Source: Clostridiales bacterium (GTDB lineage Bacteria > Bacillota > Clostridia > Christensenellales > Aristaeellaceae). Taken from it: a stretch of DNA of 64,000 nt. Made by a program: the position numbers and the translations under genes. The stretch covers positions 1,128-65,127 of the forward strand of contig DUQZ01000021.1 in NCBI GenBank assembly GCA_012837525.1. The letters run 5' to 3'. Shown piece by piece: positions 46,467-54,795 of this stretch. Each line of letters starts with the position of its first letter. The first letter of the stretch is position 1. Under the pieces are notes generated by a model. That model was not told where the DNA came from. It was given only the letters and a program-made list of their open reading frames with translations, and ran no database searches.

Positions 46467-47059
46467 TGGAATTGACCTTAACCAATTTCCTGCTGTTCAT
46501 GGTCAACTGTGTATTGACCAATAACTTCATTTTCTCCCGGTACCTGGGTTGCTGTCCCTTTTTGGGCGTATCCAGCAAGGTGGAAACCGCCTCTGGCATG
46601 GGCATCGCGGTTACCTTTGTAATGGCGCTGGCTTCCCTGTTTACCTACTTTGTGTATCATTATGTGTTGGTTCCGCTGCAGTTGGCTTATCTGATTACCA
46701 TTTCATTCATTCTGGTCATCGCTTCCCTGGTGCAGTTTGTGGAGATGTTCATGAAGAAATCCATGCCCTCCCTGTACAACGCGCTGGGCATCTACCTGCC
46801 GCTGATCACCACCAACTGCGCGGTGCTGGGCGCCACCATCCTCAACATTGACAACAGCTACAACCTGTTCTGGTCCGTGATGAACGGCGTGTTTGGCGCG
46901 ATGGGCTTTATGCTGGCCATTGTGCTGATGGCCGGCGTGCGCGAGCGGCTGGAAGCTTCCAATATTCCAAAAGCCTTCAAGGGCTTCCCGATCAGCCTGG
47001 TTGTCGCGGGCTTGATGTCCGTTGCCTTCCTGGGCTTCGCAGGCCTGGGCAAAATGTAA
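46466..47059 (+). CDS. rnfA: electron transport complex subunit RnfA
   Basis: 197 aa. VLTNNFIFSRYLGCCPFLGVS is typical of RnfA/NqrE. Confidence 0.92.
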   Translation: MELTLTNFLLFMVNCVLTNNFIFSRYLGCCPFLGVSSKVETASGMGIAVTFVMALASLFTYFVYHYVLVPLQLAYLITISFILVIASLVQFVEMFMKKSMPSLYNALGIYLPLITTNCAVLGATILNIDNSYNLFWSVMNGVFGAMGFMLAIVLMAGVRERLEASNIPKAFKGFPISLVVAGLMSVAFLGFAGLGKM

Positions 47060-47074
47060 GGAGGGGATGAACCA

Positions 47075-47872
47075 ATGGAATTAAACGCGATTCTCTATGC
47101 TGCCGGTGTCATGGGCGGCCTGGGCATCCTCTTTGGCTTAATTTTAACCTTTGCTTCCAAAAAATTCGCCGTGCCGGTGGATGAGCGCTTTACCCTGGCA
47201 AGGGACGCGATGGCCGGCGCCAACTGTGGTGCTTGCGGATACCCTGGCTGCGACGCCTACGCGCTTGCGGTGGTCAACGGCGAAACAACGATCGACCTGT
47301 GCACGCCCGGCGGCCAGAAAACACTTGATTTGCTGGCAGAGATTATGGGCCAGACAGCCGAAGTGACCGAGCCCGTGGTAGCGCGTGTCCTGTGTCAGGG
47401 TGAGACCGGCGTGGTCAAGCCGCGCTATGACTACAACGGCCCCGAAACCTGCCATACCGCGGTTGGCTTGGCCGGCGGCCCAACCATGTGCCAATGGAGT
47501 TGTGTCGGCCTGGGGGACTGTGTGCGCGTGTGCCGCTTTGACGCTATGAAGATTGAAAACGGCATCGTCGTCATTGACGAAGACAAATGCACCGCCTGTG
47601 GCATGTGTGTGAAGGAGTGCCCGCGTAGCGTCATCAAACTGCTGCCCAAAAAGGCGCGTGTCACTGTGCGCTGCCAAAGCCTGGCCGCGCCGCGCGAGGC
47701 ACGGGAAACCTGCGACAAGGCCTGCATCGGCTGCAAGCGTTGTGAAAAAGCCTGCGAGTACGATGCCATTCATGTCAATAACTTCCTGGCCCTGATTGAC
47801 CCTGAAAAATGCACCCTGTGCGGTGCTTGTGTCCAGGTATGCCCCACCAAGTGCATTGAGCAGCTGCCCTGA
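47075..47872 (+). CDS. rnfB: electron transport complex subunit RnfB (ferredoxin-type)
   Basis: 265 aa. N-terminal anchor, CGACGYPGC cluster motif, plus CTACGMCVKECP and CTLCGACVQVCP 4Fe-4S motifs. Confidence 0.92.
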   Translation: MELNAILYAAGVMGGLGILFGLILTFASKKFAVPVDERFTLARDAMAGANCGACGYPGCDAYALAVVNGETTIDLCTPGGQKTLDLLAEIMGQTAEVTEPVVARVLCQGETGVVKPRYDYNGPETCHTAVGLAGGPTMCQWSCVGLGDCVRVCRFDAMKIENGIVVIDEDKCTACGMCVKECPRSVIKLLPKKARVTVRCQSLAAPREARETCDKACIGCKRCEKACEYDAIHVNNFLALIDPEKCTLCGACVQVCPTKCIEQLP

Positions 47873-47875
47873 ACC

Positions 47876-49033
47876 ATGGCTGAAACCAGAGTACAAAAAC
47901 AACAGGAAGAACGCGCGCGGATTGGTCTGCGCGCGTCTTTGATAGGGCTGGTCGTCAACGGCTTTTTGGCCGCCAGCAAAATCATCGCAGGCAGCGTCGC
48001 GGGCTCGGTCTCAATCCTTGCAGATGGCTTAAACAACCTGTCCGACACCGGCTCTGTCCTCATTTCCTGGCTGAGCATGCACATCGCGCGCAAGCCGGAA
48101 GACCGGGATCACCCGCTTGGCCATGGACGCTTTGAGTACATCGGCTCCCTGGCAATCGCGGTGGTCATATTGTATGTTGGAATTGACTTGTTCAAATCCA
48201 GTATCGAAGCGATTATCACGCCTGAAAAACCCTTGTTTACCTGGTGGATCGCTGCGCTCACCGCGTTTGGTATTCCGCTGAAGGCTTTTTTGTATGTCTA
48301 TTATAAAAAGCGGGGGAACGCGCATAAACTGTCCACCCTAATTGCGGCCGCGCAAGATAGTTTCAACGATGTCCTGATTACCTCTGCCGTTCTGATTGGC
48401 CTCTTTTTGTCGCATTTTTTTGATATTCTGGCTGATGGCTGGCTGGGCCTTCTGGTATCCTGCTTCATCCTGTGGGGCGGAATCAGCCTGATCCGGGATA
48501 CGATTACCCTGTTGGTGGGCGGCAAACCGGATAAGGAAACGGGCAGCAAGATTCTGGCCATCATCAACAAACACCCGCAAATCAAGGGTGTGCATGATTT
48601 TGTGCTGCATGATTATGGCCCGGAAAACATGATGGCCTCCATCCATGTGGAGGTAGACGCCTCCACCAGCCTGCTGGAGGTCCATGATGTGGTGGACAGC
48701 ATCGAGCAGGAGGTCATGCGCACGCTCAATCTGCCCATCACCATTCATACGGATCCTGTCCTGCCCATTGATGCGCCGGGGCAGGAAGTCAAACAAAGCA
48801 TCACCCAGTTTTTGGAAGAACAAAACCCACCTCTCACCATGCATGATTTCCGGATTGTGCCTGGCAAACGCGTCACCAAGCTGATTTTTGGCGTGGTGGT
48901 ACCGGAGAATTTTACGGAGGATGAAGCCCTGGTGCAACGCATCACAGAGTTCGCCAACACGCTCAACCCGCGCCACCAATGTGTGATTGGAATTGACCGG
49001 GATTATTTTACGGATCACACAGAAGAAACCTAA
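47876..49033 (+). CDS. cation diffusion facilitator (CDF) family transporter
   Basis: 385 aa. Six TM helices with SVSILADGLNNLSD and HDFVLHDYGP cytoplasmic-domain patterns typical of CDF. Confidence 0.88.
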   Translation: MAETRVQKQQEERARIGLRASLIGLVVNGFLAASKIIAGSVAGSVSILADGLNNLSDTGSVLISWLSMHIARKPEDRDHPLGHGRFEYIGSLAIAVVILYVGIDLFKSSIEAIITPEKPLFTWWIAALTAFGIPLKAFLYVYYKKRGNAHKLSTLIAAAQDSFNDVLITSAVLIGLFLSHFFDILADGWLGLLVSCFILWGGISLIRDTITLLVGGKPDKETGSKILAIINKHPQIKGVHDFVLHDYGPENMMASIHVEVDASTSLLEVHDVVDSIEQEVMRTLNLPITIHTDPVLPIDAPGQEVKQSITQFLEEQNPPLTMHDFRIVPGKRVTKLIFGVVVPENFTEDEALVQRITEFANTLNPRHQCVIGIDRDYFTDHTEET

Positions 49034-49133
49034 ACCCGTACCACCTGACAGGGTATATTGAATGAGGCGTGATACCCAACAGAAGTGGGACAGGCAAAAT
49101 GGCAAGGAATTCCTTCTGACACCTGCTTGAAGG

Positions 49134-49162
49134 TTGATATCGCGCGCAAAACTCTGTACAAT
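49134..49162 (+). promoter_or_regulatory. candidate sigma-A promoter for frr
   Basis: TTGATA-17 nt-TACAAT, about 35 nt upstream of ATG 49198. Confidence 0.45.
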
Positions 49163-49197
49163 AAATAGCAATCATGAATTCAAAGGAGGGTACCAGG

Positions 49198-49755
49198 ATG
49201 TATAAACCTGTGATTAAAGCCGCCAAAGATAAAATGGAAAAGACAAAGGATGTCTTGCGGCGGGAAATGGCTTCCCTGCGCGCCGGCCGCGCCAACCCCA
49301 AGCTGCTGGACCGCATCATGGTGGATTACTACGGCACGCAGACACCGCTAAACCAAATGGCCAACATCAGCGCGCCGGAACCTCGCATGCTGACCGTTGC
49401 CCTGTGGGATACCAAGGCAATTCCCCTGGTAGAAAAGGCCATCCAAATGAGCGACCTGGGCCTCAACCCCGCCAATGACGGCAAACTGATCCGCCTTGTC
49501 ATTCCGGAGTTGAACGAGGAGCGCCGCAAGGAATTGACCAAGCTGGTCTGGCGCAACGCGGAGGAATCCAAGGTCGCGGTGCGCTCCATCCGCCGTGACG
49601 CCATGGATCAAATCAAACAGCTGGAAAAGGACTCTGACATCTCTGAGGATGACAAGTACAAGGCAGAGGACGAACTGCAAAAAGTAACCGATGCCGCCAT
49701 CAAGGATGTGGACGAGATCGCCAAGGAAAAAGAAAAGGAAATCATGGCTGTCTAA
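49198..49755 (+). CDS. frr: ribosome recycling factor
   Basis: RBS AAAGGAGGG then MYKPVIKAAKDKMEKT...LRAGRANPKLLDRIMVDYYG. The track ORF starts at 49174. Confidence 0.95.
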   Translation: MYKPVIKAAKDKMEKTKDVLRREMASLRAGRANPKLLDRIMVDYYGTQTPLNQMANISAPEPRMLTVALWDTKAIPLVEKAIQMSDLGLNPANDGKLIRLVIPELNEERRKELTKLVWRNAEESKVAVRSIRRDAMDQIKQLEKDSDISEDDKYKAEDELQKVTDAAIKDVDEIAKEKEKEIMAV

Positions 49756-49757
49756 GC

Positions 49758-49958
49758 ATGCATTCCGTTATTGGCTTGACACTGAATGAAGCCCTGCAGC
49801 GATTGAAGCAGCAGGGCATCACACCTGATATCGTGTTTTCCATGCCGGGTAAACAACTGCGTGATATGCATGAGCGCACCGCGCGGGTGGTTCGCTATCA
49901 GGACAATCAGTTGCTTTGCTCCTATTTTCGTGACATCGATCCGGAGGCCCAGGAATGA
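49758..49958 (+). CDS. hypothetical 66-aa protein between frr and uppS
   Basis: ATG lies 2 nt after the frr stop, and the stop overlaps the uppS ATG (ATGA). No strong RBS. No signal peptide. Confidence 0.4.
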   Translation: MHSVIGLTLNEALQRLKQQGITPDIVFSMPGKQLRDMHERTARVVRYQDNQLLCSYFRDIDPEAQE

Positions 49959-50665
49959 CCAACGCAGGATTGCCCAGGCATGTCGCCATCATCATGGATG
50001 GCAACGGCCGCTGGGCGAAACAGCATGCCTTCAGCGTCATGATGGGGCACCGCAAAGGGGTGGAAACGCTGCGGGAGATTATCCGCTACAGCAGCGACAT
50101 CGGCATTGAGGTATTAAGCTTATACGCCTTCTCTACCGAAAACTGGTCCAGGCCAGAGCCAGAGGTCGCGGCGCTCATGCGCCTGATTGTGGAGTTTTTT
50201 CATTCCGAAATTGATGAGCTGCACGAGAACAAAGTGAAGATCCGTATCCTGGGCGATATAGAGGGCTTGACCGCCAGCGCGCGGGATGCCGTAATACAGG
50301 CAATGAACCGCACGCGGGACAATACGGGGCTGCAGTTAAACATCGCGCTCAACTACGGCGCCCGGGATGAACTGACGCGCGTGGTCAACAGCCTGGTTCA
50401 AGACGCGCGGGAAGGCAATCTGCGGGAAGCCATAGGCTGGGAAGACATCGCGGACAGACTGTACACAAGCGGGCAACCGGATGTAGACCTCTTAATCCGC
50501 ACCAGCGGTGAGCAGCGCTTGAGCAATTTTTTGTTGTATCAGTCCGCCTATGCGGAAATGATATTCCCACAGAAACTGTGGCCAGACTACACCGTTGCGG
50601 ACTATCAGGACGCGCTGTCGGCTTTTGCCCGACGTGAGCGCCGTTTTGGAGGGAGAAGCACATGA
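49955..50665 (+). CDS. uppS: isoprenyl transferase (undecaprenyl diphosphate synthase)
   Basis: 236 aa. HVAIIMDGNGRWA, FSTENWSRP, RTSGEQRLSNFLLYQSAYAE. Confidence 0.95.
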   Translation: MTNAGLPRHVAIIMDGNGRWAKQHAFSVMMGHRKGVETLREIIRYSSDIGIEVLSLYAFSTENWSRPEPEVAALMRLIVEFFHSEIDELHENKVKIRILGDIEGLTASARDAVIQAMNRTRDNTGLQLNIALNYGARDELTRVVNSLVQDAREGNLREAIGWEDIADRLYTSGQPDVDLLIRTSGEQRLSNFLLYQSAYAEMIFPQKLWPDYTVADYQDALSAFARRERRFGGRST

Positions 50666-51480
50666 CACTACGCATCGTGACCGGCGCAGCCTTGTTAATT
50701 CTGCTGTTTTTGGCGCTTTATTTCGGCGGCTGGGTCTTTTCACTGCTGTGGATTGCCTGCGTCTGCATCGCGCTGGCCGAGATGTTTAACGTGCTGAAGA
50801 ACGCGGGGCATGAGGTGCTGGCCTGGCCCACGTGGTTTGCTTTGATCATCGCCATCCCTGGCTTTTTGTTGTTGACAGAAGTAGAAAGCCTGCTGCTGCT
50901 GGTTATCCTGGTTGCCACCATCATTTTTTTGATTATCACCCGGATTATGTTCCGGGAGGATCCAAAGCTGGAGGACCTTACCACTTCCATCATTCCGTTG
51001 TTCGCGGTTGCGCTGCCCGGCATGAGTTTATTGGGTATGACGCGGATTGAGCCAATCGGCCTGCAGCGGGTGATGCTGTCCCTCGCGTTTTTTATCCCAG
51101 TATTGGGAGACACGCTGGCTTTTTTTGTGGGTTCCAAATACGGAAAACGGAAACTGAACGAAACCATCAGCCCCAACAAAACCATCGAAGGCGCGATCGG
51201 CGGTCTGGCCGGCAGCGTGCTCGCTGCTGTTTTGATTTATTTCATTGGCAAACTGGCTGGTGTCAATATGCCCACCATTGCCAATTTCCTGGTATTGGGC
51301 TTATTGGGCGGCATCGCCGGGCAGATTGGAGACCTGTTTGCCTCCTTCGTCAAACGGCACTGCGGCATCAAGGATTACAGCCACATTTTTCCCGGCCATG
51401 GCGGCATGATGGACAGGCTGGACAGCATTTTATTCGCTGGCACCCTGGTCTATTTCTATCAGGCCCTGCCCTGGATATAA
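50662..51480 (+). CDS. cdsA: phosphatidate cytidylyltransferase
   Basis: 272 aa. C-terminal signature SFVKRHCGIKDYSHIFPGHGGMMDRLDS. Confidence 0.92.
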   Translation: MTLRIVTGAALLILLFLALYFGGWVFSLLWIACVCIALAEMFNVLKNAGHEVLAWPTWFALIIAIPGFLLLTEVESLLLLVILVATIIFLIITRIMFREDPKLEDLTTSIIPLFAVALPGMSLLGMTRIEPIGLQRVMLSLAFFIPVLGDTLAFFVGSKYGKRKLNETISPNKTIEGAIGGLAGSVLAAVLIYFIGKLAGVNMPTIANFLVLGLLGGIAGQIGDLFASFVKRHCGIKDYSHIFPGHGGMMDRLDSILFAGTLVYFYQALPWI

Positions 51481-51483
51481 TCA

Positions 51484-52638
51484 ATGACCGCAAAACGCCG
51501 CATTGCCATTTTAGGGTCCACCGGGTCCATTGGAACCCAGGCTTTGGATATTATCGACCAGCACCCGGACCGCTTTGAGGTGACTGCGCTCAGCGCGCAC
51601 AGCCAGGCAGATATGTTGTTTGAGCAGGTTCGTGAGTATCGGCCTAAAATGGCAGCCTTGACCGCGGGTGAAGTTGCTATCCCGGATGATCTCCAGTTTT
51701 GTGATTGGTACTTTGGTGAGGACGCGTTAAGCACCATTGCCTCCACCGCGCCCTGTGACGACGTCCTGGTCAGCGTGGTGGGGATGGTTGGCCTGCGCAG
51801 CGTCCTGGCAGCCAGAGCGGCTGGAAAGCGCGTCCTGCTGGCCAACAAGGAAGCCCTTGTCGCCGGCGGCCAACTGGTCATGGATGCCTGCGTATCAACC
51901 ACGGATGACCCAGTATTAATCCCGGTTGACAGCGAGCACTCTGCCATTTATCAGGTGCTGTTGGCATCAAAGGGAAATCCCTATGAGCGCATCATTCTGA
52001 CCGCGTCAGGCGGCCCGTTTTTAACCTGGACGCACGCGCAGATGCAAACCGCCAAACTGTCTGACGCGCTAAAACACCCCAACTGGGATATGGGGCAGAA
52101 GATTACCATTGATTCTGCGACCATGTTCAACAAGGCGCTGGAAATGATTGAAGCCAAATGGCTGTTTGACGCCACACCCAATCAAATTGAGGTGCTGGTG
52201 CATCCGCAAAGCATCATTCACTCCATGGTCAGCTTTCAGGATGGCGCGACGCTGGCGCAACTGGGAGTGCCGGACATGCGCGCGCCTATAGCCTTTGCGA
52301 TGGCGTTCCCAGACCGGATTACAAACGGCACGCCGCCGCTTCGTCTGGAACAATTGGCTGGGCTGAGCTTTGAGGCGCCAGACCTTACCCGCTTTCCTGC
52401 CATCAGGCTGGCCTATGACTGCCTGCGCGCGGGCGGAGCTGCCTGTTGCGTGCTCAATGCCGCCAACGAGGTCGCTGTGGATGCCTTTGTAAAAGGCATC
52501 ATCGGCTTTACGGACATCGCCAAGGTGGTGGAGCAGGTGCTGCAAGGCATCGGCCACCTCAGCGCGGACACGCTGGATGACGTGCTCCACGCGGACAAAC
52601 AGGCAAGGGCACGCGCCCAGGCCTTCATCCACACATAA
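51484..52638 (+). CDS. dxr: 1-deoxy-D-xylulose 5-phosphate reductoisomerase
   Basis: 384 aa. ILGSTGSIGTQ, LANKEALV, PVDSEHSAI, HPNWDMG. Confidence 0.95.
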   Translation: MTAKRRIAILGSTGSIGTQALDIIDQHPDRFEVTALSAHSQADMLFEQVREYRPKMAALTAGEVAIPDDLQFCDWYFGEDALSTIASTAPCDDVLVSVVGMVGLRSVLAARAAGKRVLLANKEALVAGGQLVMDACVSTTDDPVLIPVDSEHSAIYQVLLASKGNPYERIILTASGGPFLTWTHAQMQTAKLSDALKHPNWDMGQKITIDSATMFNKALEMIEAKWLFDATPNQIEVLVHPQSIIHSMVSFQDGATLAQLGVPDMRAPIAFAMAFPDRITNGTPPLRLEQLAGLSFEAPDLTRFPAIRLAYDCLRAGGAACCVLNAANEVAVDAFVKGIIGFTDIAKVVEQVLQGIGHLSADTLDDVLHADKQARARAQAFIHT

Positions 52639-52650
52639 AACGGAGGAACC

Positions 52651-53721
52651 ATGACAATACTCTATGTTTTCGCAGCAATTTTGCTGTTTGGCATCCTGAT
52701 TACCGTCCACGAGGCCGGGCATTTTTTTGCAGCGCGCCTGTCCAAAATCCCTGTGCGCGAGTTTGCCATTGGTTTTGGCCCCAAAATTCTGAAATGGCAC
52801 AGCAAAAAGCATGAGACGGAGTTTTACCTGCGGGCGATTCCGCTGGGCGGGTATTGCGCCTTTTATGGGGAGGACGACACAACGGGTGAGTTTAAGGATG
52901 ACCCGCGCGCTTTCAACAATTTTGGTGTGGGCAAGCGATTGTTTACCATCATCATGGGCCCTGTCATGAACCTGGTATTGGCTTTTGTCGTCGCTATTCT
53001 GCTGTTTACCTTATCAGGTATCCCGGTGCCGGATGGCCCTCATGTGACAATGGTTCACGCTGTCAATGACGGCGGCGCTGCCCAGGCAGCCGGTATCCAA
53101 CCAAATGACTATATTTTATCTTTGGACGGCCAGCCTGTTACTGACAATTTAACTGAACTGCTGGATGCGGCTGAATCCGGACAAACCCGTGAAATCGTCG
53201 TTCAGAGGTTGGTGGATGGGCAGATGCAGGACATCACCTTATCCATTACCCCTGCTTATAACCCGGCAGAAAACAAAAACATGATTGGCATTATGATGTC
53301 CATCGCGCAGCCGCTTAAGATGGTGCCAGGTAGTTTCCAGCAGATTGTGCAAAACGCGCTGGAGATGTCCTACAGGGCAGCCAGCATGGTTGTCAACGCC
53401 ATCAAAAACCTGATCACCAGAGGCGAAGGCGCGGGGGAGGTGGCTGGTGTGGTTGGCATCACCAAGATGATTGTGGATGAAATCCAGCGCACCCAGTTGC
53501 AGGGCTACCTCTACTTGATGGTGGTCATCTCCATCAACCTGGGGCTGATGAACCTGCTGATTATACCGGGCTTGGACGGCAGCCGGATTGTTTTCCTGTT
53601 GATCGAGGCTGTCCGCGGCAAGCCCATCAGCAAGGAAGGCTATGTGCACGCGGCGGGGATGATCTTCCTCTTCGCGCTGATGATCCTCATCACCTTCCGT
53701 GATGTGGTCAGGTTGTTTTAA
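52651..53721 (+). CDS. rseP: RIP metalloprotease RseP (M50, PDZ-containing)
   Basis: 356 aa. HEAGHF zinc motif, PDZ segment, NLLIIPGLDG. Confidence 0.9.
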   Translation: MTILYVFAAILLFGILITVHEAGHFFAARLSKIPVREFAIGFGPKILKWHSKKHETEFYLRAIPLGGYCAFYGEDDTTGEFKDDPRAFNNFGVGKRLFTIIMGPVMNLVLAFVVAILLFTLSGIPVPDGPHVTMVHAVNDGGAAQAAGIQPNDYILSLDGQPVTDNLTELLDAAESGQTREIVVQRLVDGQMQDITLSITPAYNPAENKNMIGIMMSIAQPLKMVPGSFQQIVQNALEMSYRAASMVVNAIKNLITRGEGAGEVAGVVGITKMIVDEIQRTQLQGYLYLMVVISINLGLMNLLIIPGLDGSRIVFLLIEAVRGKPISKEGYVHAAGMIFLFALMILITFRDVVRLF

Positions 53722-54795
53722 ATGAAGATGACAAGAGCAATTCAACTGGGCAAGCTCATCATCGGCGGTGGGTATCCGGTTACGGTTCAATCCATGACCA
53801 ACACCGATACCCGTGATGTTGCTGCGACCGCGGAGCAAATCAAGCAACTGGGCCTTTTGGGATGTGAGATTGTGCGCGTTTCTGTGTATGACCAGGCGTG
53901 CGCGAAAGCCGTGCGCCCATTGGTAGACGGCACCAGAATCCCACTGGTCGCGGACATTCATTTTGATTATAAACTGGCGCTTTTGGCCATTGAAAACGGC
54001 ATCAACAAGCTGCGCATCAACCCAGGCAACCTGCGCAATGAGCAGGAGGTACGCGCGGTTGCAGATTGCGCGAAAGCCCATCAAATCCCCATCCGCATTG
54101 GGGTGAACTCCGGCTCTGTACCAAAAGACATCCTGGCGCGGGACGGGGGTGTCACAGCCCAGGGCCTGGTGGACAGCGCCATGTCCCATGTGCGATTGCT
54201 GGAGAAGGCAGGATTTGATCAGATCGTGCTGTCCATGAAGGCAAGTGATGTGCGCTTGATGGTGGACACCTATCGCCTTGCTGCCAGGACCTTTGATTAT
54301 CCCTTGCACCTGGGTGTGACAGAGGCAGGTTTGCCGGGGCAGGGCACCTTAAAATCCGCCATAGGCATTGGCGCATTGTTGCTTGACGGCATCGGGGATA
54401 CCATCCGTGTATCCCTCACCGGCAGCCCGCTGCATGAGCCTGAAGCCGCCATCAACATCCTTAAAGCCATCGGGTTGCGCGGGGGAGTGGAGCTGATTTC
54501 CTGCCCTACCTGCGGCCGGACAGAGGTGGATATTGAGGGCATCGCGCAGCGCGTGGTGGAAGCCACCAAGCATATTACAGCGCCCGTCAAGGTGGCCATT
54601 ATGGGGTGCGTGGTCAACGGGCCGGGGGAGGCCAAGGGCGCGGACATCGCCTTTTGCGGCGGCAAAACGGGCAGCGCGCTGTACAAAAAAGGGCAATTTG
54701 TCAAACGAATCACGGAGGACCCTGTGCCTGAATTGCTGAGAATGATTGAAGAACACATACGCGAAAACAATGAAGATGAGCAAACACATGCCTGA
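53722..54795 (+). CDS. ispG: (E)-4-hydroxy-3-methylbut-2-enyl-diphosphate synthase
   Basis: 357 aa. PVTVQSMTNT, RINPGN, SCPTCGR and MGCVVNGPGE cluster ligands. Confidence 0.95.
   Translation: MKMTRAIQLGKLIIGGGYPVTVQSMTNTDTRDVAATAEQIKQLGLLGCEIVRVSVYDQACAKAVRPLVDGTRIPLVADIHFDYKLALLAIENGINKLRINPGNLRNEQEVRAVADCAKAHQIPIRIGVNSGSVPKDILARDGGVTAQGLVDSAMSHVRLLEKAGFDQIVLSMKASDVRLMVDTYRLAARTFDYPLHLGVTEAGLPGQGTLKSAIGIGALLLDGIGDTIRVSLTGSPLHEPEAAINILKAIGLRGGVELISCPTCGRTEVDIEGIAQRVVEATKHITAPVKVAIMGCVVNGPGEAKGADIAFCGGKTGSALYKKGQFVKRITEDPVPELLRMIEEHIRENNEDEQTHA

Noticed and set aside
53239-54309. A 356-aa antisense ORF spanning the rseP/ispG junction.
   Set aside because: It crosses two well-supported sense-strand genes and has no start context or motif.
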